Both the position numbers and the translations under genes were made by a program. A stretch of DNA of 64,000 nucleotides, taken from contig OZ244170.1 in assembly GCA_965216565.1 (NCBI GenBank), positions 448,001 through 512,000 of the forward strand, written 5' to 3'. Under the pieces are notes generated by a model. That model searched no databases. It saw nothing but the letters and a program-made list of their open reading frames with translations, and was not told where the DNA came from. Positions 10,894 through 21,054 of this stretch are shown here, piece by piece. This stretch comes from Bythopirellula sp. Its GTDB lineage: Bacteria > Planctomycetota > Planctomycetia > Pirellulales > Lacipirellulaceae. Every line of letters begins with the position of its first letter. Within the stretch, counting starts at the first letter, position 1.

Positions 10894-11013
10894 TTACGGC
10901 CCGCAGCTGGGGCAACCTCCGGAGCCACTATGCTTGCCTGTTGTTCGACAGCCTATCGCTGAAAGACATACCAGGGCTGCTACGAGCAACGAGAGAATAG
11001 GTATCTTTGACAT
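10894..11013 (-). CDS. Tiny lipoprotein with C-terminal CxxC
   Basis: AAGGAGGA RBS before ATG 11013; MSKIPILSLLVAALVCLSAIGCRTTGKHSGSGGCPSCGP (lipobox-like AIGC). Confidence 0.65.
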   Translation of the reverse strand: MSKIPILSLLVAALVCLSAIGCRTTGKHSGSGGCPSCGP

Positions 11014-11109
11014 CTTCTTAATCCTCCTTGAAATGAGTCGCCTGAAATGAGCTGTTTCAGTACGGCTGAAACACTGCAGACGCAATCAACTGCAACCTTG
11101 TCATACGCT

Positions 11110-11643
11110 TTACGCTACTGACCGTTGCTGGCCTCCCTCGGGAATCCGATCCACAGGTTTTCCGGCCTGAGACAACCGACATTGCAAGAGGTCAAGCAAT
11201 CTGTGGAGCACTCCCCCGTAGACAATCACGTCTCTAGAAGTTGCCATACTTAGCCACTGGTCGATGGCACTCGGCGGTTCTGGTGAATAGATCCACACTG
11301 AGCGATTGGCATCGATAAGTCGCAACTTGGCTGAGGTAAGCCAGGCACTTTCGTCGTGTTGATTGTCACTTAGAAGTACTAACTCGGGACTGTGGCGAAG
11401 CATTTTGCCTGCCAACTCAGTCGCACTCTCAGCCCTGAAGACGGCAACACCGAGAAGTTCCAGTAAATGGGCAATGGGAGCGTACGCTTCGTCACGGAAC
11501 TCCACGATCACTACGGAACTAAATCTGTTGACTAACTGGGCCGATTGTTGACGCGGTGCTCTGTGTATTCGACTCGAACGTGTGTAACAAAGGCTTCGAA
11601 TATGTGCTTCGTATCCTCGTAAAGCGCAGGGATTTGCACGCAT
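11110..11643 (-). CDS. Degenerate (pseudo-)receiver domain protein
   Basis: CAGGAG RBS before ATG 11643; CheY-like pattern VVIVE..AVFRAESATE..PELVLL..SAWLTSAKLR; paralog of 51999..52757. Confidence 0.65.
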   Translation of the reverse strand: MRANPCALRGYEAHIRSLCYTRSSRIHRAPRQQSAQLVNRFSSVVIVEFRDEAYAPIAHLLELLGVAVFRAESATELAGKMLRHSPELVLLSDNQHDESAWLTSAKLRLIDANRSVWIYSPEPPSAIDQWLSMATSRDVIVYGGVLHRLLDLLQCRLSQAGKPVDRIPEGGQQRSVA

Positions 11644-11824
11644 GACGGACTCCTGTTGAATTAATTGAATAGCGAGGGCCGATACCCGTTCGGGGTAATC
11701 GGTCGCTAAAGGACCGCTTTGGTCACCGCGCAAGACAAAGCAGCGGAGGCGGCACATCAAAGGCGAGAAGGCTTGCGAACTTGAGCGCTTTCGGGCAACT
11801 CAGTCGAAACCAAGCAGCAGCCGC

Positions 11825-12277
11825 TCAGAGCAAGAAACGGCAGAAGAGGATACAGGGTTGCTGCACGCTGCTGGAGTTGTTTTGCGTGTCAGTGAATGTG
11901 AACTGACGTAACAATTCGAGATGGTTCGATGCGGTACTTGAGACGGAACAGACATCGACATGCAATAGTTCTGAGAGGGAACGTGTCTGCTGCTGCGAGA
12001 ACGGTAATCCGCTCAGCGGTAGCTTATGACATTTGCAGGTGCAGGGCTGCCCTTGTGAGTCTGTGCAATTACAAGAGCAGCAAATAGAATCGGCATATTT
12101 TGATGTTTTGGAGTGGGATTCACATTGGCAATGTGATGTGTCGCTAGATTGACAGGGACAATCTAGCGTACAGATACAGATTGAAGCGAACACGACATGG
12201 CAAGGCATGCAAAGTGCGAGGCATACAGCCACGATAGTACGGATTGAGGCACGCTTTTTAAACATGTTATCGTTCAC
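11825..12277 (-). CDS. Cys-rich putative leader/arrest peptide L2
   Basis: Hydrophobic N-terminus, ICICTLDCPC...CCSCNC...PCTCKCH, ends QPCILFCRFLL-stop. Confidence 0.78.
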   Translation of the reverse strand: MNDNMFKKRASIRTIVAVCLALCMPCHVVFASICICTLDCPCQSSDTSHCQCESHSKTSKYADSICCSCNCTDSQGQPCTCKCHKLPLSGLPFSQQQTRSLSELLHVDVCSVSSTASNHLELLRQFTFTDTQNNSSSVQQPCILFCRFLL

Positions 12278-12414
12278 AAATAATAAACCAGCTTCTACCT
12301 ATTAGCTCTTTTCGTTTATCGACAATTGCCGATCTATTCGTAACGTGTATTTACTAAATATCAACGGTTTCCGCTATTTCGTGATAGCATCACTTGCTTA
12401 GTTGCAACTCATCT

Positions 12415-12645
12415 TCAGCCGTACAGCAAAATCATAACTGCTGCGGCTACGGCAATTACAGTGCCTAAGATTACTTGGAACGTATTGGTCGGGTTTGGGT
12501 ACCTTACAAAGTCGATAATTTGCGGAAGGCATTGGAGTTCAACCAACAACGCAGCCACTGGTGCCAAACAGAAGCGCCAACGCTTCGGTAATCTTTTTTT
12601 ATCTGGTCGATCAAGTCTCTTTTTGTACTTCGTTCTTTTGCTCAT
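12415..12645 (-). CDS. Small hypothetical membrane protein
   Basis: 76 aa, basic N-terminus, two hydrophobic segments; GAGAGGA upstream. Confidence 0.5.
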   Translation of the reverse strand: MSKRTKYKKRLDRPDKKRLPKRWRFCLAPVAALLVELQCLPQIIDFVRYPNPTNTFQVILGTVIAVAAAVMILLYG

Positions 12646-12734
12646 CGATTCCTCTCACCCCACTCGCGGAATGGCATCATCTGCAACATCGAAAACTCTG
12701 TCGGTGGTTGGTTCCAGTAGCCCAAAAATCCCGC

Positions 12735-12789
12735 CGGGGAAGCGAGTGCGGCCGCGGGGCACTGTGCGCACCACAGGCTCGCCTCCCCG
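12735..12789 (-). other. GC-rich intergenic stem-loop downstream of the protease gene
   Basis: Minus strand CGGGGAGGCGAG...CTCGCTTCCCCG (12 bp with one G-U) with an inner CTGTG/CACAG stem. Confidence 0.5.
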
Positions 12790-12856
12790 ACGCGGAGCGA
12801 TGGAATGAGTTGAATCCAGATTATTTTCTCACTGCAAGTGTATGCTTCACGAACAC

Positions 12857-14308
12857 CTACCTGTTGAGTACAACAAGATGCCTTCCTTTGTTTGATTGAA
12901 GTAGCACAAGGAGTGCCTTGTTCTTGGGACAATGGCTGATTGCATCCTTGTAGTCATCAAGGCTACTAATCGCATGGCTATTTACGCGTAACACGACCAT
13001 GCCAGCAGCCACGCCTTCCTTGTAGGCTGGGCTTCCGCTAGCCACGTCTGTGATAAGAACTCCACGCAGTCTCTTAGGGAAGTGAAGCTGCTTAGCCATT
13101 TCAACTGTTAGCGCATCAAGACCGAGACCGAGCATATCATCGACGTACTCAGAAACGTAACTAGCGTGTTCCGCGTAATCGAGCGATTGAGTTTCTTCCC
13201 TGCTTGGTCGCCTTCCCATCTCCACGTCAACAGTGACAGACGTTCCATTACGAAAATATGTGGTAGGGTAGCTCTTACCAGGGACAGGGTCGTCGAAGAG
13301 CTTTGAGGGCGGGAACGTGTCATCAATTGGTTGGCCGTCAAAATGAGTGATTACATCCCCGCGTCTAATTCCACCACTTGCCGCCGGGGACTTCTCTTCG
13401 ACGTCTTTGACATAGAGTCCCCCTTCTACAGGCAATTCCAGCAGTTGGGCAATCTGGAGAGTTAACTTTTGGGTTTCGCAACCCAAATATCCTCGCTGAG
13501 ATACCTTCGGATCGATCAGCTCGTCGACAACTTGTCGGGCAGTATTGATAGGAATGGCTAGACCAATTCCTTGAAATTCTCTTGCTGCACTAAAGCCCCC
13601 AGTGATCATTCCCACAACCTCTCCTCGAAGGTTGAGCAAGGCACCTCCTGAGCTGCCAGGATTCGTTGCCGCATCGTTTTGAACAAACGGATGAGGTATT
13701 CCAGGTATCCAACGCTCAGTAGCACTAACGATGCCCGCGCTGACTGAGTCTTTTAAGTCATACGGGTTTGCTAGTGATACGACCCAGTCGCCCACTTGCA
13801 GGCCATCAGAGTTGCCCATCGTCACTTCATCGAGGTCACTGGCACCTTCGATGCGAAGAACAGCTACGTCTGCAACAGGGTCTCCACGAATGTCAACTAC
13901 TTCGTATTTGCTGCCATCAGGTAATACGACAAACACCACCTCAGCGGACGCAACAACGTGATTACAAGTGAGAACCAGCCCCTCGCTATCGATAAGAATT
14001 CCTGAGCCTTGTTCGTCACGCAATTCTTCTGATGGAATCATTGCTCGATGGCCTCTCTGAGGTGCAATGCGTCTCCGCCACATCTCCGTCATTCGAGGGC
14101 CCCTCAAGGTATAGATTGTCACTAGCCCCTTAGATGCACTGTCAGCAGCAGTGCGAAACGCAGCCGATAATTCTGTTGGTGGGTGGGAGTTTTTAGTTTC
14201 TTCCTGCCGAATTTCTCCCTCAGCAGCTAAGGGTTGCTCGGCCAGAAGGCAAGCTGCAAATAAAACAGCTCCCACGAAAGGCGTCCACTGCAGAATTGTT
14301 TTATGCAC
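12857..14308 (-). CDS. htrA: DegP/HtrA-family periplasmic serine protease with two PDZ domains
   Basis: Signal peptide; GSG, TCNHVV (His), DVAVL (Asp), NPGSSGG (Ser); two PDZ-like SPA..G..GD/GM segments. Confidence 0.9.
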   Translation of the reverse strand: MHKTILQWTPFVGAVLFAACLLAEQPLAAEGEIRQEETKNSHPPTELSAAFRTAADSASKGLVTIYTLRGPRMTEMWRRRIAPQRGHRAMIPSEELRDEQGSGILIDSEGLVLTCNHVVASAEVVFVVLPDGSKYEVVDIRGDPVADVAVLRIEGASDLDEVTMGNSDGLQVGDWVVSLANPYDLKDSVSAGIVSATERWIPGIPHPFVQNDAATNPGSSGGALLNLRGEVVGMITGGFSAAREFQGIGLAIPINTARQVVDELIDPKVSQRGYLGCETQKLTLQIAQLLELPVEGGLYVKDVEEKSPAASGGIRRGDVITHFDGQPIDDTFPPSKLFDDPVPGKSYPTTYFRNGTSVTVDVEMGRRPSREETQSLDYAEHASYVSEYVDDMLGLGLDALTVEMAKQLHFPKRLRGVLITDVASGSPAYKEGVAAGMVVLRVNSHAISSLDDYKDAISHCPKNKALLVLLQSNKGRHLVVLNR

Positions 14309-14444
14309 AGCTGTATTCCTTCCGTAAGCGTGCTTGCTCTATCGATGGCAACACCGAAGCCGGGCTGAAAACGTAGAGTCGGGAGCAGCACGTCCGTGGC
14401 TTGCCAAAAACGGCACTATAGGACTCGCTTGGATTCATCAATAC

Positions 14445-14690
14445 TCAATTCCTTGCAGTGACTACAACTTGTAATTTGCCACTTTTGAAGAGGACGTTTT
14501 GTTGGCTGAGAAGTCGCTTTATCTCAGCTAGTTCGCGAACTATATCCGATCTCTGAGCGGCCGGATTAACCTGCGGTGCAGGTTTGCGACGCAGCTCCGC
14601 CTGACTGTTTGATGCGAACGAAAAAGTAAACCATGCAATTGCATTGCAGAGTATCAACAACGCCCATCGCGAAGTCAGAAAACTTTTCAT
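14445..14690 (-). CDS. Small exported hypothetical protein
   Basis: AAGGAGAG RBS, signal peptide, short amphipathic helix. Confidence 0.65.
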   Translation of the reverse strand: MKSFLTSRWALLILCNAIAWFTFSFASNSQAELRRKPAPQVNPAAQRSDIVRELAEIKRLLSQQNVLFKSGKLQVVVTARN

Positions 14691-14748
14691 TGTTCTCTCC
14701 TTAGACTGATTTCTCTTTGCTAGTCAGCGCATCCATCTCTCGCCTTCA

Positions 14749-14802
14749 GGGAACGCGAGCGTAGCTACTAATGGGAGTGTTAGAGCCACAGCTCGCGTTC
14801 CC
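14749..14802. repeat. Intergenic inverted repeat / stem-loop
   Basis: GGGAACGCGAGC (14749-14760) and GCTCGCGTTCCC (14791-14802) are perfect 12-bp reverse complements; partial inner pairing. Confidence 0.7.
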
Positions 14803-14864
14803 CAAGCGGAACTACCAACGAAAGTCCGCTCTCACGTTCCCTTCCCGAGAGACGGTTCTATCGC

Positions 14865-15407
14865 TTAGTGGCCATGTCCTTCGTGTCCATGCCCTTCGTG
14901 GTCATGGTCGTGATGAATCTCTCCCCGGTATTGCTTACCGCCTATCGAAACCACTAACTGTGCTTCCACACCTTCGTGGTCAAGTTCTTCAGCTAGCTCT
15001 GCATCAGAGGAATTAAATCTCGACGCTTTGCCGGAAGGATCGCTCACTTGTGGATGCGCAGCCAAGCTGAATTGCTCGGCTTGCCCATCATGGGTCAAAT
15101 TGACCAGTAGTGTGGCAGCCTCAATTGGCACTGCATTTTTTGCGGAGGAGTCGAGCAGATAGAACGTGACAGTGCCGGCATCCTCGTCATGCACAAGTTC
15201 CGCGTGGTATTCCTCATTGCCTAGTTCAATGAGGCTTCCATGGTGAGGTCCTTCCGTTGGATGGTTATGAACATCGACTGTAGCCGGTGGAGGGGCACTA
15301 ACGGGTTTGCTCTCTTGCTCTCCTTGACTACAGCCTGAAACCAGCAGTAGACCGAGGCTAAGCCCCATTGCAATTTGCTTTCGAATCTCTATAAGTGACA
15401 ACTTCAT
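14865..15407 (-). CDS. His-rich lipoprotein (putative periplasmic metal-binding protein)
   Basis: Lipobox VSGC; HNHPTEGPHHGSLIELG..YHAELVHD; C-terminal HHDHDHEGHGHEGHGH. Confidence 0.8.
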   Translation of the reverse strand: MKLSLIEIRKQIAMGLSLGLLLVSGCSQGEQESKPVSAPPPATVDVHNHPTEGPHHGSLIELGNEEYHAELVHDEDAGTVTFYLLDSSAKNAVPIEAATLLVNLTHDGQAEQFSLAAHPQVSDPSGKASRFNSSDAELAEELDHEGVEAQLVVSIGGKQYRGEIHHDHDHEGHGHEGHGH

Positions 15408-15454
15408 GGCATACTCCCTAGTGACATGGTGATAACGCCTTGTGGCGTTCGGTT

Positions 15455-16141
15455 CTAATGGTCGTGATCTGGGTCCTCATGACGAACATCGAAGCCTGCT
15501 GAGGCGAGCCATTTCTCCCACTTCTCGGCAGTCTTGTGGTCGACAAATTCGACTGCAGTCCATTTTGGACAGCGAAACTGTATATCTGTGTGTCCTTCAT
15601 GCGTCACGGGCTTTACTTCACAGCGTAGTGCTTGAGCGATGGTGATGAACTGAGATGCTGCAACTTTATCAGTAAAATGTTGAGTGGCCCAAGTTGGAGT
15701 TTTGTAGAGCACAACCTCGCCATGCTCTTCATCGTGGTCGTGACCATCCTTCTCACCTTCGTGGCCATGCTTCTCGTCGTGGGCGTGTTCTTCATGATCA
15801 GGGCTATGTCCGTGGAGCGTCTCAAAGCCGGCCGCCTTCAACCAATCCTCCCACTGGTGAGCCAGTTCATCAGATTCAATGCGAAGTGGCTTCCAATTTG
15901 CTGACCGATAAATGACGTCCACGTGAGTCTCATGACTATCGACTCGAACCTCTGCACCGAGTTGCTTCACGGCAGCGGCATGTTGCTGGGCTTTTGCGGC
16001 GTCTTCGAAGTGCCTCGTGTGCCATTCCTTTAGCCGATGCGCAAGGACAAAATCCTCCTTGTCGTGATTCGGTAGTTGTGCAATCACTATGTTCTCCATC
16101 AAGGCGAACACCACCGTCATTAACAATGTGTAATACTTCAT
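15455..16141 (-). CDS. Exported His-rich protein with internally duplicated ~75-aa domain
   Basis: AAGGAGG RBS before ATG 16141 (MKYYTLL); two repeats of W..HF.D...EV...HE.H.D...W...WE.WL..AGF..H around a His/acidic linker. Confidence 0.78.
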   Translation of the reverse strand: MKYYTLLMTVVFALMENIVIAQLPNHDKEDFVLAHRLKEWHTRHFEDAAKAQQHAAAVKQLGAEVRVDSHETHVDVIYRSANWKPLRIESDELAHQWEDWLKAAGFETLHGHSPDHEEHAHDEKHGHEGEKDGHDHDEEHGEVVLYKTPTWATQHFTDKVAASQFITIAQALRCEVKPVTHEGHTDIQFRCPKWTAVEFVDHKTAEKWEKWLASAGFDVRHEDPDHDH

Positions 16142-16208
16142 TTCTCTTTCCTCCTTGGTAAAACATCCAATTCCGTAAAACGACTTGCCTGAATCAGACA
16201 TGCATGTG

Positions 16209-19200
16209 TCAGACGGTTTCTCCCTCCTCGACCAACTCAACATGCTGTTGTCCAGCTTTAATCACTCGGTGCGCTGCTCCCAGTCCGAATGTCCAGAACA
16301 GCGCCGGGCGGACGAAGAATTCAAGTACCGTGCTACTGATTAGTCCGCCCAGGATTACAGTAGCTATCGGATACAAGATTTCTTTCCCTGGTTCACCGGC
16401 CGACATTGCTAGCGGGACGAGCCCGATACCCGATGTCAACGCAGTCATGAGCACGGGGGCTAGGCGCTCTTTACCGGCTCGAATAATCATCTCTTTTGAC
16501 CAGGTTTCTCCTTCATGGCGAACGAGATGCAAGTAATGGTTGAGCAGCAAAATGCCATTACGTGAGGCAATACCGCCTAGCGAAATAAAACCAACCATCG
16601 CTGCCACTGTTAGTGTCTGGCCTGTAATCACAAGCGCTGTTACCGACCCAATGAACGCCATTGGCAATGCCACCATCACCTGCAACGCAAAATTCACCGA
16701 ACGGAACATCGTATAGAGCACCATCAGAACCCCGAACATGGATACGCTAAACAGCACACCGATAACTCGACTAGCATTCTTTTCACTTTCGAATTGCCCA
16801 CCGTATTCAACGAAATATCCTGCTGGAAGAGATTCAATTACCGAACGCTGGGCAGCTTGCATCTCGGTCACCACATCTACCAGGCCTCGACCGGAGACGT
16901 TGCACTGAATAACGATACGGCGTCGCACTAGCTCGCGGTTGATAGTGTTCGGTCCACTAGATTTATAGATCTTCGCAACCGATGACAGTGGTGCGGTTCC
17001 GCCTCCTGGCAGATCAATCGAAAGTCGCCCCAGGGCTTGCAAGTTCTCCCGGTATTTTTCATCCATTCGGACTAACAGATCAAAGGTACGCTGACCTAGT
17101 AGCACCTGACTAACGACTTCACCGTTCATGGCGGTCGAAATGTATTCATTCACAAAGACCGGGGTCAGGCCGTACTGCTCAAGTTTGTCGCGGTTCAGTT
17201 CTATGCGAAGCTGGGGAATCTCAACTTGCGGCTCTACGAGCAAGTCGGTGACGCCATCGATACCGCGCATCTTTGCCGCCATTTCCTGGGCGCTGCGACG
17301 AAGAATGCTCAAATCGTCGCCGTAAATCTTAATACCCACCTGGGCCTTCACACCGGAGATCATGTGCGAAATCAAGTGAGCTAGTGGCTGTTCAACTGTC
17401 GTAACGATGCCAGGAATGTCTTCCATCGCGTATCGAATATTGTCCAGTACTTCTTCGCGGCTGACATCAGATTCAGGGTCAAAGCTAATGAACAACTCGG
17501 TGATGTTAACGCCTTCGGCGTGCTCATCGAGTTCTGCCCGACCGGTCCGTCTTGCAAAGGCCTCGACTCCCTCAATTTGCATCAATCGCTCAATCACAGT
17601 TTGGGCGATAGTGTTCGACTTCTTCAGTGATGTACCCGGCGGCAAAACGACGTTGAGTTGAGCCACTCCCTCGTTAAACGGCGGCAAGAAATCACGCTCA
17701 AGGCTAGCAAGATAGGCGAAGGCTATCGCGACTCCACAGGCAGCTGCAAGCAACATAGCTTTTGGAATGCGAAGACTCAGCTGCATAGCGCCCCCAGCGA
17801 CCCACTTGAGAAAACGGAGCAGGGGTCCATCCTTTTCGCTTTCCATCAATTTCGCACGAGACAAAAGCCAATAGGACAAAACCGGCGTCAATGTCAGCGA
17901 GACAAGCAAAGAGGACAGAATCGAGACGATGTACGCGACCCCCAGTGGCGCGAACAGCCGTCCTTCCATTCCAGACAGAGCAAACAGTGGAATAAACACG
18001 ATGACTACGATCATCGTGCCAAAAACAATCGAGTTTCGAATCTCGACGCTGGCTTGGAACACCACCAGCAGCGGGTGTTTGGGAGATTTAGCGTGGCGAT
18101 TCTCACGGAGTCGACGGAAAATATTCTCAACATCGACAATCGCATCATCGACCAATTCTCCAATGGCAACTGCCAAGCCCCCAAGCGTCATCGTATTGAT
18201 TGATAGCCCAAAGGCTGTAAACACAAGAGCAGTGATGGCGATGGAGAGTGGAATCGCGGTTAGGGTAATAAAAGTTGTCCGGAAGTTCATCAGGAAGAGA
18301 AAGAGGATGATGACAACGAGAATACCTCCGTCACGAAGAGCTTCCACGACATTGTCTATTGCACGCTCAATGAACGCCTTTTGCGAGTACAGTTCAGGTT
18401 GAATGCGGATGTCGTCCGGCAATGATGGCTTCAGATCTTCCAGTGCCTGCATGATCTGATCGGTGACTTCACGCGTATCTGCTTTCGGCTGCTTGTTCAC
18501 GGTGAGAATAACAGCCGGGCCACCCGAAAACTCTCCATTTTCGTCCCGAACGTATGCCGAGCTGTCACCACGTTTGACTTGGGGGCCTTCAATGACGGTC
18601 GCAATCTGCGAAAGTAACACCGGGCGGCCTTCTCGCATCTTTACTACAACTCGTTTCAAGTCATTGAGAGTTTGCACGCGGCCTAGAGCACGTACAAGAA
18701 ACTCATTTGGCCCTTGTTCGTCCAAATAACCTCCGGTGGCATTTTCGTTGCTTTCTTGGCAAGCGCGCTTCACATCGTGCAGTGTTATGCCGTATTCGAG
18801 CAGCTTGTCAGGGTCGACGAGCACTTGAAATTGCATGCGACCACCGCCCATGGTGAACACTTGAGATACACCGGGGATGGTGAGCAGTCGCTGTCGAACC
18901 ACCCAATCGGCAAGCGTCCGCACTTCCAGCGGCGAGGTTTTTCCCTCTTCGCTCCACATGCCGATCATAATGATCTGTCCCATGATGGAGGAGATTGGTG
19001 CGAGCTGTGGTTTGACACCCTCCGGCATTCGGTCTTGGACCAACTGCAATCGCTCCATAACGATCTGCCGGTCGTTATAAATATCAGTCCCCCAATCAAA
19101 TTCGACGTAGATGACAGAGATGCCAACGCCTGCGGAACTGCGAACGGCTTCAACACCATTAGCACCATTGATCGCGGTTTCGAGCGGGAATGTGATCAAG

Positions 19201-19388
19201 GCTTCAACTTCTTCTGGCGCCATTCCTGGTGCCTCAGTCATTACCACCACGCGAGGTCGGTTTAAGTTTGGAAAGACGTCGATGTCCATCTGGATTGCTT
19301 TCCAGCCCCCAAATCCCATCAGGAAAAGGGAGAGGACAACGACAAGCAAACGCTGCCCCAGTGCAAATCGAATAATGGCGTTGAGCAC
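16209..19388 (-). CDS. CzcA/CusA-family heavy-metal efflux RND transporter
   Basis: MLNAIIRFAL..DVFPNLNRP, GELVDDAIVDVEN, EGRLFAPL, GRAELDEHAEG; 1059 aa. Confidence 0.93.
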   Translation of the reverse strand: MLNAIIRFALGQRLLVVVLSLFLMGFGGWKAIQMDIDVFPNLNRPRVVVMTEAPGMAPEEVEALITFPLETAINGANGVEAVRSSAGVGISVIYVEFDWGTDIYNDRQIVMERLQLVQDRMPEGVKPQLAPISSIMGQIIMIGMWSEEGKTSPLEVRTLADWVVRQRLLTIPGVSQVFTMGGGRMQFQVLVDPDKLLEYGITLHDVKRACQESNENATGGYLDEQGPNEFLVRALGRVQTLNDLKRVVVKMREGRPVLLSQIATVIEGPQVKRGDSSAYVRDENGEFSGGPAVILTVNKQPKADTREVTDQIMQALEDLKPSLPDDIRIQPELYSQKAFIERAIDNVVEALRDGGILVVIILFLFLMNFRTTFITLTAIPLSIAITALVFTAFGLSINTMTLGGLAVAIGELVDDAIVDVENIFRRLRENRHAKSPKHPLLVVFQASVEIRNSIVFGTMIVVIVFIPLFALSGMEGRLFAPLGVAYIVSILSSLLVSLTLTPVLSYWLLSRAKLMESEKDGPLLRFLKWVAGGAMQLSLRIPKAMLLAAACGVAIAFAYLASLERDFLPPFNEGVAQLNVVLPPGTSLKKSNTIAQTVIERLMQIEGVEAFARRTGRAELDEHAEGVNITELFISFDPESDVSREEVLDNIRYAMEDIPGIVTTVEQPLAHLISHMISGVKAQVGIKIYGDDLSILRRSAQEMAAKMRGIDGVTDLLVEPQVEIPQLRIELNRDKLEQYGLTPVFVNEYISTAMNGEVVSQVLLGQRTFDLLVRMDEKYRENLQALGRLSIDLPGGGTAPLSSVAKIYKSSGPNTINRELVRRRIVIQCNVSGRGLVDVVTEMQAAQRSVIESLPAGYFVEYGGQFESEKNASRVIGVLFSVSMFGVLMVLYTMFRSVNFALQVMVALPMAFIGSVTALVITGQTLTVAAMVGFISLGGIASRNGILLLNHYLHLVRHEGETWSKEMIIRAGKERLAPVLMTALTSGIGLVPLAMSAGEPGKEILYPIATVILGGLISSTVLEFFVRPALFWTFGLGAAHRVIKAGQQHVELVEEGETV

Positions 19389-19399
19389 GGTGGAATCTC

Positions 19400-20887
19400 C
19401 TAGTGATTGTGTCCTGCATGCGGATCAACTCCGCCACCGGCTTTATTCTTAAGGGCGACTTGCATCTGATGGGCACCTGTCAGAGCGACGGTGTCTCCAG
19501 GAAACAAGGACCCATCATTAGCAACTACGACCCACAATTGGTCCCGATACTCGACATGCACTGCCCGTCGGTCGAAATGGTCGCCGTTTTGCAGAAACAC
19601 GAAGGTCTCTGCTCCTTCCTGGGCAACAGCGTCGACTGGCAAGACAATTCGATCTTTCCACTGCTCGACAGGAACACGAAGCTGCATCCGTTGTCCCGGC
19701 TTGAACCGCCACGTCACAAAACGGTGGCCATCCGGTGTGGTCGTGTCTTGAAGTACCTGATTTGGAATATCTACGTAGAACCGCTGTGCCCGAGAGTCGG
19801 TTTCTACTTCGTTGTCTACAAAGACTATCTTTAGGCCTTCAACAGTTTGTGTGCCGGGCCCATTGTTTTCGAGAACTGCTGTAATGTCCCAGCCAGGTTC
19901 GCCCGCAGCCTGCATGCGCGCCGCGAGGGCGATCTCTTCAGCATCTTGCTCGAAGGCTTGTCCCTCCACAAACAATTCATCGAGGTCTGCCAGGACAGCC
20001 AACGGGTAACCAACTTCCATTGATGATCCCACATGTACGTTTACTGCTTGCACGGTATACATATGGTCTGACTTAAGGCTGTTATCTGACGGGGCTGTTG
20101 AAGTGACTGGCCTTAGGGTCGTATCGTATTGATGCAATCTCTCGCCATGAACTGGTAGGGCCGGTGCTCGAACTTCGAGTTGGCGCAACAAGCGTCGACC
20201 GCTGGCGATATTGTCAATTTGCTTAGTTGACAACCCGTGCAGCAGCAATGCTTCACGGTGAGCGTTTAAGAATGCCTCTAGTTTTTGCTTGGAATACTTA
20301 CGCTCAAGGAGTCTCTTGCCAGCGATAACACCGCTAACATCGAGGCCGGACAGACGCTCGATTTCACGCTCTTCAACGTCGAGCTCGCCCAATGTTTTTA
20401 AGAACACAGTCTGGGCTTGAACGAGATCTTCGTGCGTTAGCTTGACGGTAAACATTAAGTCCCCCGGTTCGATGGCCTCTCCTTGCACGGTATGTACTGC
20501 CTCAATAACTCCGTTCATTGGGGCAGCAATTTGGACTTTTGTATGTCCTGGACGTTCGACAATACGAGCTGGGACATTGAGTGTGCGAATAAAAGCCCTC
20601 AGCTGGATCGGTTGCAGCTTCTCAGCAGTCAATCCGATATTGCGTTGAGCCTGCGGCGAGAGCTCCAGAGAGGTGGCTTCTGTATGACCCGCATGTGCGG
20701 CATGGTCGTGACCTTCGTGGCTATCCGGTTCACTAGCGACACCTTCCTCTTGCTTCCCAAGGTTTCCGCGCTGCACGAGCGGCAACCAATAGGCTCTCGT
20801 AGCGATAGTCGCAGTTACCAAGACGAGCACACCAATAAGGAGAATGGAGCCGCGTATAACCAGCGCCTTAGTTGAATTAGTTGCCAT
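19400..20887 (-). CDS. RND periplasmic adaptor subunit
   Basis: TM anchor, His-rich linker (HEGHDHAAHAGH), APMNG, RFKPGQ, ends DPHAGHNH; adjacent to the RND gene. Confidence 0.88.
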   Translation of the reverse strand: MATNSTKALVIRGSILLIGVLVLVTATIATRAYWLPLVQRGNLGKQEEGVASEPDSHEGHDHAAHAGHTEATSLELSPQAQRNIGLTAEKLQPIQLRAFIRTLNVPARIVERPGHTKVQIAAPMNGVIEAVHTVQGEAIEPGDLMFTVKLTHEDLVQAQTVFLKTLGELDVEEREIERLSGLDVSGVIAGKRLLERKYSKQKLEAFLNAHREALLLHGLSTKQIDNIASGRRLLRQLEVRAPALPVHGERLHQYDTTLRPVTSTAPSDNSLKSDHMYTVQAVNVHVGSSMEVGYPLAVLADLDELFVEGQAFEQDAEEIALAARMQAAGEPGWDITAVLENNGPGTQTVEGLKIVFVDNEVETDSRAQRFYVDIPNQVLQDTTTPDGHRFVTWRFKPGQRMQLRVPVEQWKDRIVLPVDAVAQEGAETFVFLQNGDHFDRRAVHVEYRDQLWVVVANDGSLFPGDTVALTGAHQMQVALKNKAGGGVDPHAGHNH

Positions 20888-21054
20888 GATGGAACACTCC
20901 CATTCGTGTCTAGCGCAGGTAAACGCCTTAAGACTCGAACGATGTAGGTGGTAACGCTGACGAAAAATAGTCAGGTGCAGGAAATAACCACAGTAAAGAC
21001 GGGACCTGGAAAGACCTCGCGTAATAACGCAAGGTTACTTGTCCCGCGAGCGGT

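Noticed and set aside
11644..11760. N-terminal extensions in the ORF track (also 16142-16243, 31250-31339, 56960-57019)
   Set aside because: Downstream starts have clear RBSs; the extensions overlap neighbouring genes or structured spacers.
12642..12932. Cys-containing 96-aa ORF as a possible sixth leader
   Set aside because: It overlaps the protease 3' end and lacks both the hydrophobic N-terminus and the terminal motif; the region is better explained by a stem-loop.
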